Part shown: positions 48,358-56,678 of the stretch, piece by piece
How the letters are laid out: every line of letters starts with the position of its first letter
Numbering within the stretch: position 1 is the stretch's first letter
From: Sphingobacteriia bacterium
GTDB lineage: Bacteria > Bacteroidota > Bacteroidia > Chitinophagales > Chitinophagaceae
NCBI GenBank assembly: GCA_031422175.1
Contig: JANOQC010000116.1
Span: 2,932-66,931, forward strand
Length of the DNA: 64,000 nucleotides
Direction: 5' to 3'
Translations under genes and position numbers: made by a program
The notes under the pieces: model-generated
Databases searched by the model: none
Told to the model about the DNA's origin: nothing
What the model saw: the letters and a program-made list of their open reading frames with translations, nothing else

Positions 48358-50004
48358 TTATTTAAATTTAGGTGGGTGCATTTCATCCCATACCGTTGTT
48401 TTCTGATAAGCTTTTGCTGCCAACAAAATGCTTGCTTCGTCATATAAATTTCCTAAAAAACTAATACTAAATGGCGTGTTGGTTCTTTTATCAAAACCGG
48501 TTGGTACACATACAACAGGCTGGCCTGTTAAATTGGTAATAGCAGACTGGTTACCACTTCCTCTTGTAGGACAAATCAACACATCAATATTTTGCATGAC
48601 TTCGTTCACTTTTTGCATTAGTAGGTATCTGTGTCTGTTGGCATTTACATATTCTACTGCGGGCATTAATCTAGAAACCCTAAAACTATTGGGCCAATCA
48701 AAAACACCCTGTCGCGTCATTTCATCATCAATATTATTTCTGGTGAATTCATCAAATGCTGCTGCAGACTCTGCACTAATTACCGCATCCATAATATTGA
48801 ATTTATAAACAGAATCAGGAAATACAATTGGAATTAATTCAACACCCATTTGCTTAAACACTTCCAACACCTTCCATTCGCTTCTTGCGGTATCTCTAAT
48901 TAAATCAAAATAATTTTTAGCATAGCCGATGCGTAATTTTTTTATATCAGTTGCGGGTTGATAATTAAAGGGTTTGGATACTGCTGAAGCATCTAATCCA
49001 TCAGTACCATGTATATAACTAAATACTACAGCTGCATCTTCGGCTGATCTGCAGATTGGACCAACTTTGTCTAAGCTCCAACTCAACGCCATAGCACCTG
49101 TTCTGCTAATTCTACCAAATGTGGGCCGAAGGCCCGTTGCGCCACAGGTGGATGCGGGAGAAATAATAGATCCCCAGGTTTCTGTGCCAATTGCAAATGG
49201 AACTAGGCCCGCAACGGTTGCCGAAGCAGATCCTGCAGATGAACCCGATGATCCATTTTGTAAGTTCCAGGGGTTTTTAGTTCTACCACCATACCAATAA
49301 TCGCCCATTGCCAATGCGCCCAATGTAAATTTAGCTACCAATACAGCACCAGCTTCTCTTAGACGAGAATATACATAAGCGTCTTCTTGAATCACTTGAT
49401 TTTTGTACGGCGCTGCTCCCCAAGTTGTTTTGGTTCCTTTTACTGAAAACAAATCTTTTAGTCCAAATGGTATGCCATGTAAAAGGCCTTTGTATTTTCC
49501 AGAGGTGATGTCCGCATCGGCCTCTCTAGCTTGCTCTAATGCCAAATCCTCTGTTATTGAAATTACACATTGAAGGCTATCGCCATATTTTTTTATTCGT
49601 TCAATAAAAAATTTTGTGAGTTCAACCGAACTTATTTTTTTTGATTTTATTAATGCCGCCAATTCTTCGATAGAATAAAACGCCAATTCATTTATATCGG
49701 TTGGCATATTTTTTTTTGGTCGATCCCATTTAATTTTTTCTTGCTTTGTTGGAAAAACCATTCCGGGTAATGCTGGATTTTGTGCTAAGCTCATTTGCAC
49801 TCCATTGCTTAGTTTTTGTTGATGCATTGCTTTGAATAAAAGCCAATTTTCTTTAACGCCCGCATACATGGTATCTACTTCCTTATCGGAGTATTGTAAA
49901 TCCAATAATCTTGCCGCTGCGGGTATGTCTTTTTTGGTGATGGTATCTTGAGCGTGAAGATTGGAAAAAAGTAGCATGAAAGTTACTAAGCAGGATGATT
50001 TCAT
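48358..50004 (-). CDS. secreted amidase-signature (AS) family amidase
   Basis: A Gly/Ser-rich AS motif NGSSGSSAGSASATVAG with an upstream GLKD Lys context. Confidence 0.8.
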   Translation of the reverse strand: MKSSCLVTFMLLFSNLHAQDTITKKDIPAAARLLDLQYSDKEVDTMYAGVKENWLLFKAMHQQKLSNGVQMSLAQNPALPGMVFPTKQEKIKWDRPKKNMPTDINELAFYSIEELAALIKSKKISSVELTKFFIERIKKYGDSLQCVISITEDLALEQAREADADITSGKYKGLLHGIPFGLKDLFSVKGTKTTWGAAPYKNQVIQEDAYVYSRLREAGAVLVAKFTLGALAMGDYWYGGRTKNPWNLQNGSSGSSAGSASATVAGLVPFAIGTETWGSIISPASTCGATGLRPTFGRISRTGAMALSWSLDKVGPICRSAEDAAVVFSYIHGTDGLDASAVSKPFNYQPATDIKKLRIGYAKNYFDLIRDTARSEWKVLEVFKQMGVELIPIVFPDSVYKFNIMDAVISAESAAAFDEFTRNNIDDEMTRQGVFDWPNSFRVSRLMPAVEYVNANRHRYLLMQKVNEVMQNIDVLICPTRGSGNQSAITNLTGQPVVCVPTGFDKRTNTPFSISFLGNLYDEASILLAAKAYQKTTVWDEMHPPKFK

Positions 50005-50017
50005 TGTTTAGATTTAT

Positions 50018-50860
50018 TTATTCGTCAATTGTTTTAAAAGTATTACCCAAACGAATATCTCCAGTTTCAAATCCCTTTTTAAACCAATACATTCTTTGTT
50101 TAGATGTTCCATGCGTAAAAGCATCAGGTACAACGCTTCCTGAATTTGCTTGTTGTAATCGATCATCTCCAATAGCATTGGCTGCGGCCAAAGCCGACTC
50201 CAAATCGCCAGGCTCTACTATTTTTTGTAATTTATTGGCATGGTGGGCCCAAACACCCGCTAAAAAATCTGCCTGTAATTCTAGTTTAACAGATAGTTTA
50301 TTGTATTCTTTATCACTTAAAGAAGCGCGCATTTGTTGTACTTTTTCAGACGTTCCATTCAATTGTTGAATATGATGCCCAACTTCATGGGCAATAACAT
50401 AAGCCATGGCAAATTCACCGGGTGCATGAAATCGTTCGTCTAATTCTTTAAAAAAAGAAAGGTCTATATATACTTTGTGATCGGGTGGACAATAAAAAGG
50501 TCCGGTGGCCGCACTTGCAAAACCACATCCCGATTGTGTTTGATTGCTAAATAGTACCAAGTTGGGTTTTTCATATTGCTGACCATCTGCTCTATAAATA
50601 GAGTCCCAAACATCTTCGGTATACCCCAATACAACTTTAGTAAAGGATGCCAATTTATCTTCTTCGGGGGATCTTGGTATAGTAGATTGGGTTTGTTGTG
50701 GTGTTAAAACTTGATTTACCACATCGGAGGGATTTCCCCCTAATAACAAATAGATAACCGCAATAATAACAGTTCCTATTCCTCCGCCAATTGCCAAGCC
50801 TCCACCGCCACCCCTTCTATCTTCCACATTATTACTTTCTCTATTTCCAGACCATCGCAT
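50018..50860 (-). CDS. neutral zinc metallopeptidase (YpfJ-like)
   Basis: HEVGHH zinc motif, an N-terminal Gly-rich region and a TM segment. Confidence 0.8.
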   Translation of the reverse strand: MRWSGNRESNNVEDRRGGGGGLAIGGGIGTVIIAVIYLLLGGNPSDVVNQVLTPQQTQSTIPRSPEEDKLASFTKVVLGYTEDVWDSIYRADGQQYEKPNLVLFSNQTQSGCGFASAATGPFYCPPDHKVYIDLSFFKELDERFHAPGEFAMAYVIAHEVGHHIQQLNGTSEKVQQMRASLSDKEYNKLSVKLELQADFLAGVWAHHANKLQKIVEPGDLESALAAANAIGDDRLQQANSGSVVPDAFTHGTSKQRMYWFKKGFETGDIRLGNTFKTIDE

Positions 50861-50914
50861 ATCTTTTTTTTATTTTAACAAGTTACTAAAATTGGTTATT
50901 CATTAAGAACAATA

Positions 50915-51832
50915 TTATTGGTTCTGCCATCGAGTGGCACCAATTGTACTAATTATATGAAGCATTAAACTTAATATTATTATCATATACGATCCGGTAA
51001 TTGCATACAACACAAGATGAAAAAGCAATAAATAAAAAGGATAAGTAAGAAAAAGTACCCCAAAAAGTACCGAATCATAAAATACGGTTCCTCTTGTTTT
51101 TTCTTTGATTGATTTACTCAATAAATAATACAAGGGATAATTTAACCATTTTGCTAGAGCAGCTAGTTTTGATTTATAGGAACTCCTGCCATTTTTATCT
51201 ACAATGGGTATTTGAATCATCGTCTCTAATAGTGATCTGACCTGCTCATTAAAGTGATTAAGGTTTTTGGCCTCTTCTTCAAACGGAAATAAGGATTGAG
51301 CAAGAATTGGATGGGCAGCTTCAACTCTTACATTTTTTCCGAACTCGGTAAAACTAGTATAGGTTATTGAAATTGGCATAATCATTAAGGGGGTGGCAGT
51401 ATTGGTATGAAGCGCAATTCTGGCCGCTCCTTTTTTAAGCGGCTGAAGCTCATGACTGTTAACACAAATACCTTCAATAAAAATTAATACAATACCCCCA
51501 GATGCTAATATTCGTTTAGATTCTACGAATGAATATTCATTTAAATGCAAATTTTCTTTCCCTTCCCTTAATCTGTAAATTGGGATCATTTTGAGCATTT
51601 TGAGCAAAAAACGGTGCTTTTTCTGTTTAAAAGCGTCACCCCTGGCTAAAAAATGCACATTTTCATTAAAAATAGAACCTATAATTATTGCATCTAAAAA
51701 CGAATTTGGGTGATTGGCCACCACCAACAAGGGTCCTTTTTGGGAGAATACCGATCGATTGATTACGGCTATTTTCTTACAGAAAATAAACAAAGCGGCC
51801 CGAATCAATAATTTAAATACCTTAAATACCAA
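50915..51832 (-). CDS. lysophospholipid/glycerol-3-phosphate acyltransferase family protein with C-terminal TM region
   Basis: HxxxxD box (ANHPNSFLD) and an FIEGICV box. Confidence 0.7.
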   Translation of the reverse strand: MVFKVFKLLIRAALFIFCKKIAVINRSVFSQKGPLLVVANHPNSFLDAIIIGSIFNENVHFLARGDAFKQKKHRFLLKMLKMIPIYRLREGKENLHLNEYSFVESKRILASGGIVLIFIEGICVNSHELQPLKKGAARIALHTNTATPLMIMPISITYTSFTEFGKNVRVEAAHPILAQSLFPFEEEAKNLNHFNEQVRSLLETMIQIPIVDKNGRSSYKSKLAALAKWLNYPLYYLLSKSIKEKTRGTVFYDSVLFGVLFLTYPFYLLLFHLVLYAITGSYMIIILSLMLHIISTIGATRWQNQ

Positions 51833-51884
51833 TAGATTGATTTTGCAGTAATTTAAACAGAAATGAAAGAAAAAGAAGCATTTT

Positions 51885-51900
51885 AATGCTTTTAATTAGT
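51885..51900 (-). terminator. Weak terminator-like hairpin downstream of the five-gene cluster
   Basis: AAGCAT-ttta-ATGCTT. The minus-strand downstream sequence is CTTCTTTTTCTTTC. The stem is AT-rich. Confidence 0.35.
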
Positions 51901-51942
51901 TATTTTCTATTTAATAGATAGTTTACAACTAAAAATGATGTT

Positions 51943-52773
51943 TTAAGGAATTCTAACTGTTAGAAAGAAACTGGCTCCTAATCCTAATCCCATGTTTTTA
52001 CCATACAGCGTGTAGAGCCCATGTATTGAGGGGGTAATGGTTCTAGTAACTCGATGAGTTAAGCTTATGCCAATAGTTCCTCCTTCAAAATTCTTATTGA
52101 TTGATATGTTTTGATTGAAATTGGTATTGGCACTTCTAGAAACCATATGAGCAAAATTGCCCGAAAGTGTTGTATTGACTGTTAGCATTTTGCTTAATGT
52201 AAACGCTCCCCTATATTGATCGGGACCTTCAGAGGCATCTAAAAATCTCGTATAAGTAAATTCGAGGTTAGCAAAAGTTTCTTCAAATGGTACAAATGAA
52301 TAAGCGGCTCCTAATTGTATCCCCTTAGAAGCGAACCCTAAAAAGGGAGAGGATATGGTATCATTTTGATAAAAGGGGAAAATTACGCCCGCTTTTAAAG
52401 TGAGGGATTTTGTTTGGTTTACTGATGGAAAATGAAATGATAGGCCCGCACTTGCGTCACCCAACCCCGAGTTTGTTCTTTTAAATCCACCAGAACTAAC
52501 TGTTTGAACCAGAAACGGCAGGTATACGTTGAAATCTATTCTTCTTCCTATTCCTGTAATAAAGCTCAAAGAGTAAGAGCTTGAATTGAAAAAATCTCCA
52601 GATGGATACTTAATCAATTTTGCTTTGTCATCAAAATATTTATTAGAATAGAAATAGTTATAAGAGCCAACTAACGCTATTCTTCCTTTACCCAATGGAT
52701 AATCTCCATAACAAGTAGTAACGCTAATAAGCATTCCGCACAAACAAATTATATATATTAGAAACTTGCGCAT
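51943..52773 (-). CDS. putative outer-membrane beta-barrel protein (paralog of 55833-56657)
   Basis: Signal peptide and alternating beta-strand pattern. It shares with its paralog the blocks PLGKGRIALVGSYNY / PIGRGKYLLVPSYNL and GLGDASAGLSF / SLGDANIGLQY. It is reminiscent of the MetA-pathway/'transporter' outer-membrane family. Confidence 0.6.
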   Translation of the reverse strand: MRKFLIYIICLCGMLISVTTCYGDYPLGKGRIALVGSYNYFYSNKYFDDKAKLIKYPSGDFFNSSSYSLSFITGIGRRIDFNVYLPFLVQTVSSGGFKRTNSGLGDASAGLSFHFPSVNQTKSLTLKAGVIFPFYQNDTISSPFLGFASKGIQLGAAYSFVPFEETFANLEFTYTRFLDASEGPDQYRGAFTLSKMLTVNTTLSGNFAHMVSRSANTNFNQNISINKNFEGGTIGISLTHRVTRTITPSIHGLYTLYGKNMGLGLGASFFLTVRIP

Positions 52774-52776
52774 GGG

Positions 52777-54627
52777 TTATTTATATTTTTTTCTAAGTGT
52801 TTTTTCACTGAACCATGTAGCGATAGCCAAATTGTGAGAATACGGCACCTCGTGCCCTAGGTTGGGGTAAACATATAATTCACTTTTTCCTTTTACTGCT
52901 GGATTTAATTTATTGTATGCCGCTAGTGCGCTTCCAGAAGGAATAAATTCATCCAATAGACCAACAGCATATATAACCGGACATTGAAGTTTTGGCATAA
53001 AATTCATCAAATCGAAATAATTTAATGTTTCTATTGCTTCTGATTGCGAAAGTGTTTTTTCTTTATTGACGTAATTAATAATAGATTTATTGGGAAAGTA
53101 TAATTCTTTTTTAGATTGTCCAATCATAATGCTGTTTGTCCAGTTTGCAAAAACTGGGTTACTGGCAACTACTGCACCAATTTTATCTTTTGATAGTGCG
53201 GCTGCTACAATTCCGAGTGTTGCGCCTTGGCTTCCTCCAAATGCAATAACTCTTCCAATGTCCATTCCCATGTCGGCATGAGAAAAAATAAAATCTATCG
53301 CTCTCACACAATCAGTATAAATACCCCTGTACACGTATTTTTCTTTGTCTTCAATATCAATAACAATCTGCTCTTTATTATCGGGGTTAATTAAATCGAT
53401 GCTTTCTTTTTCTAATCCCCTAACATTTACTCCAAAAGAAATATAATCACCAAACTTCATAGGAAGTACATCTCTTCTATAACCACCATAGCCTATTAAA
53501 ACCGGGTATCTGCCTTTTAGTTTTGGAATAGAGAGGTATCCAAAAAAGGGAACATTGCCTATACCCATCATGTCTACTCTATACACATTGTGGTTTCTAG
53601 AGCTTTGTCCTTCGTCTTTAGTTATTTTGTATTGAGGATCGGTAGCTGCTAATTCGGCCAAGGCACCTTTCCAATATTCATCAAAGCCAGGAGGAAAATG
53701 ATAGGCTTGATTGATTTTATTGATATCAAATCCAAAAGCATGAATGCTGGTGTCATCATATGTTGTAGTATTTACCGCAACTTTTAATGTATAAACTCCG
53801 GGTTCTTTTACGGGAGGCAAAATCATTGTGAATTGTTTAAATCCTCTTTTACCTAATTTAAGTTTTACCTCTTTATTATTCACAAATTTTCCATCCTCTG
53901 TTTCAACAATCATATTGAGGGTTCCCTCTTGTTTAGACTTGTATTTATTGGTGATTTTTACGCTGTATTTAATTTTTTCTTTGTCAAAAAACAAACCGTC
54001 TTTGTGAGCTGGTTTTACTTTTGTTATAATCTCTCCTTCTTCTTCTTCTGTTTCTTCTTCTTCTTCGGGAGCCGGTGCTTCCGTTATTTTTTCTGGGGCT
54101 AACACAGCAGTATTACTTGGTGTGGCTTTATTAATATTATCTGCTGCCCAAGCGGTGTTGTATGGGTTTATTTCTCCTCTTTTGTCGTTTTGTTTTCGGG
54201 GTGGGCCTTTATAAGACAATTCTCCATTAAAGTTTTCGGTGTAGTCTGTTAGCTCCAAAGTGGCGTTCAGCTTATAATCGCCTTCTATATCGAGTGGTAT
54301 TTCAAAAGAAGAGGAAAGTTTTTTTCTTGCACTCACTTTTACATCCATTGAGTTGGTAATTATTTCATCTCCTTTTTCGTTGATGATGGTATATACCAAT
54401 GTTCCCTCTTGGTCTGTTTTTAAATTATTGGTTAGTGCAATCTTATACTTAATCGGAAATTTAGCACTAAACCTTGCTCTAGAATTATTAGGTACAAACT
54501 TAACTACAACATCTGGGGTTTGGGTTTTACGTTGAAACGCTACACTATCGGTTGGCGTTAATGAAAAAACCATTATAAACACCAAAAGTGTTTGTGTAAT
54601 TTTTTTTATTTTACAGTTTGTTGCCAT
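52777..54627 (-). CDS. secreted CE7/AXE1-type acetyl esterase with two N-terminal Ig-like repeats (catalytic triad intact)
   Basis: Signal peptide present. Two ~95-aa repeats are separated by a poly-Glu linker. The AXE1 N-motif is PPGFDEYW. The nucleophile elbow is GGSQG, the Asp lies in GLLDEFIP, and GHE lies in YPNLGHEVP. Confidence 0.75.
   Translation of the reverse strand: MATNCKIKKITQTLLVFIMVFSLTPTDSVAFQRKTQTPDVVVKFVPNNSRARFSAKFPIKYKIALTNNLKTDQEGTLVYTIINEKGDEIITNSMDVKVSARKKLSSSFEIPLDIEGDYKLNATLELTDYTENFNGELSYKGPPRKQNDKRGEINPYNTAWAADNINKATPSNTAVLAPEKITEAPAPEEEEETEEEEGEIITKVKPAHKDGLFFDKEKIKYSVKITNKYKSKQEGTLNMIVETEDGKFVNNKEVKLKLGKRGFKQFTMILPPVKEPGVYTLKVAVNTTTYDDTSIHAFGFDINKINQAYHFPPGFDEYWKGALAELAATDPQYKITKDEGQSSRNHNVYRVDMMGIGNVPFFGYLSIPKLKGRYPVLIGYGGYRRDVLPMKFGDYISFGVNVRGLEKESIDLINPDNKEQIVIDIEDKEKYVYRGIYTDCVRAIDFIFSHADMGMDIGRVIAFGGSQGATLGIVAAALSKDKIGAVVASNPVFANWTNSIMIGQSKKELYFPNKSIINYVNKEKTLSQSEAIETLNYFDLMNFMPKLQCPVIYAVGLLDEFIPSGSALAAYNKLNPAVKGKSELYVYPNLGHEVPYSHNLAIATWFSEKTLRKKYK
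54037..54066 (-). repeat. (GAA)5-ACA-(GAA)4 trinucleotide repeat encoding EEEEETEEEE linker
   Basis: Plus strand reads (TTC)4 TGT (TTC)5. It lies inside the esterase gene between the two Ig-like repeats. Confidence 0.9.
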
Positions 54628-55814
54628 TATACTTTTTTTGTTTCCAAAAAACCAGACTTCCTAATATATAAGTTTAACGGCTCTTCAACATATTTGTATA
54701 ATATAATAGACACCGCCGTTAAAAAACCAAACAATAATGTAAGAAGAACCAATGGGTAACTCAGATTTTCTGATATCCAATAATACTCCTTCGCATCCAG
54801 CCATTCGAAAAATCGGCTGGTAAACGTTTCAAGGTGGGTACTTGCAAACTTGGAGATAAAACCAAGGTGGATTAAATAAAATATATACGAGCTTCTACCA
54901 TTCAACTCGGCAAATGGAGTTGAAAGTATAAATCTAATTACGGTCTTTTCTTTTATTAAACCATAGAAAAATGAAGCAATTGCAAATGGTAGAATGATGT
55001 TGTTGGTAAAAATACCAATGGGTTGGTATAGTCCAAAGGGTACTTCTGGGCTAATTGGCTGCATTACCATCACGGTGGTTGTACCTGCAATTCCAAGTAA
55101 ACCAAGGTAGGTGAAAATGGGTTTATTGCTAATTGTATCGTTGCTTTTTCTAACGATTAATGCAAGTCCCATTCCAACAAAAAATTCTACACATCTTCCA
55201 AAAAAAGTATAGATGAACATAAATTTAAAGTCAACAAAAAATCCATAGAAATTTACATTTCTAAAAAGGAGTACAAGCAGTGCTCCTACTCCCATAAACA
55301 TTAAGGGTAAATAGATTAACCACTTTTTAGTTCGTTGAACCAATAAGAAAAAAAATGGTGCAGAAAAATAAAAACACTCTTCAACAGTTAGTGACCATCC
55401 TTGACCAATTCCTGTAAATTTAATATCATCAAAAAATCCTCGAATAAAACTAATGTTCAACAAAAAAACGGTGAAGTGAGATGATAGATTATTATAAATA
55501 GAGTTATCGTTTATGATCCAGGCAAACAGAAACGTTGCTATCGTTAAAATCAAGTATATCGGGTATACCCGAGCAATTCTATTCTTAATATACTTGCGCA
55601 TCCAATGCTTATTTACCTCTACGTTATCATAATATCGTAGGCATATTAAAAATCCACTCAACACAAAAAACATAGGTAGCGGAAAATGAAATTCGTTTAG
55701 AATTCTAAATAATGTTGGATGAAAATCTGGTTGATTAAAGTGATCTAGAAAAATTATAAATGCAGCGAAGCCTCTCACGCCGGTTAATGCGGGTATATAT
55801 TCTTTTGACTTCAT
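54627..55814 (-). CDS. acyltransferase family 3 (AT3) integral membrane O-acyltransferase
   Basis: 395 aa with about 10 TM segments. The N-terminal motif is ALTGVRGFAAFIIFLDHF (AT3 R/H motif). There is no fused SGNH domain. Its stop overlaps the next ATG (TAATG). Confidence 0.8.
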   Translation of the reverse strand: MKSKEYIPALTGVRGFAAFIIFLDHFNQPDFHPTLFRILNEFHFPLPMFFVLSGFLICLRYYDNVEVNKHWMRKYIKNRIARVYPIYLILTIATFLFAWIINDNSIYNNLSSHFTVFLLNISFIRGFFDDIKFTGIGQGWSLTVEECFYFSAPFFFLLVQRTKKWLIYLPLMFMGVGALLVLLFRNVNFYGFFVDFKFMFIYTFFGRCVEFFVGMGLALIVRKSNDTISNKPIFTYLGLLGIAGTTTVMVMQPISPEVPFGLYQPIGIFTNNIILPFAIASFFYGLIKEKTVIRFILSTPFAELNGRSSYIFYLIHLGFISKFASTHLETFTSRFFEWLDAKEYYWISENLSYPLVLLTLLFGFLTAVSIILYKYVEEPLNLYIRKSGFLETKKV

Positions 55815-55832
55815 ATTTAATTTTGTTTTTTC

Positions 55833-56657
55833 TTATAGTTTTGCTACAAGAGATATAGAACCGCCGCCGCCCTTTCCTGTATTTTTTCCTGAGATATCAG
55901 TAAAAATGTTAAAAAAGAGTTGATAGTTTTGGTTAATCTTTCTACCATACCCCGCAGTTAATCTGAAATAAGAAAATGATCTGTTCAAATTCAAATTATC
56001 TGGATTAAATACAGAGGACGAACTGGTGCTATTTACTGTGTTCACAGAAAAGGTAAACTTATTATAGTCATCTAAGGGAATTCCAAATAGTGCATCCACA
56101 AAAATTTGAGTGGGTCCTTCTGGGCTAAAATATTGTCTTAGTCCGGCAGTAACGTCGTAATAAGTATTTTTTAAACGCTCTCTATTTGTACCCGAGAAAG
56201 ACATTTTTACTTCTCCTCCCACTTGCTGAAAGCCGGTATAAGGCACTTTTGCTGGATCGTTGGTGTACAAGGGTAGAATCAAGGAACCGGTTACCGTTAA
56301 AAATTTATAATAATCAAAACTATTCAGCAGATATTGTAGGCCTATGTTTGCGTCTCCCAAACTTGCATTGGATTGCAACAAATTGGTTTCTCTTTTTTGT
56401 TGTAAAGTATAATTGATGCTGCCCACCAAATCCAACTTATCTCCAATGCCCATTCCTCCATAAATTCCAAAATAATGAGAGGCAAATTTTCCGCTATTCG
56501 TGTAATCAAAATAGTTGCCATCCTTATCCCAATATCCTTTTGCTGTATATAAATTATATGATGGAACCAATAAATATTTTCCTCTTCCAATTGGAAAGCC
56601 CGCAAAAACAGCGCTAGATATAATGGCGAATAACACTAAAGTGGTGATTTTTTTCAT
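55833..56657 (-). CDS. putative outer-membrane beta-barrel protein (paralog of 51943-52773)
   Basis: Signal peptide ...AVFAG, and the same conserved blocks as its paralog. Confidence 0.6.
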   Translation of the reverse strand: MKKITTLVLFAIISSAVFAGFPIGRGKYLLVPSYNLYTAKGYWDKDGNYFDYTNSGKFASHYFGIYGGMGIGDKLDLVGSINYTLQQKRETNLLQSNASLGDANIGLQYLLNSFDYYKFLTVTGSLILPLYTNDPAKVPYTGFQQVGGEVKMSFSGTNRERLKNTYYDVTAGLRQYFSPEGPTQIFVDALFGIPLDDYNKFTFSVNTVNSTSSSSVFNPDNLNLNRSFSYFRLTAGYGRKINQNYQLFFNIFTDISGKNTGKGGGGSISLVAKL

Positions 56658-56678
56658 GGGTATGCTATATTAACTTTA

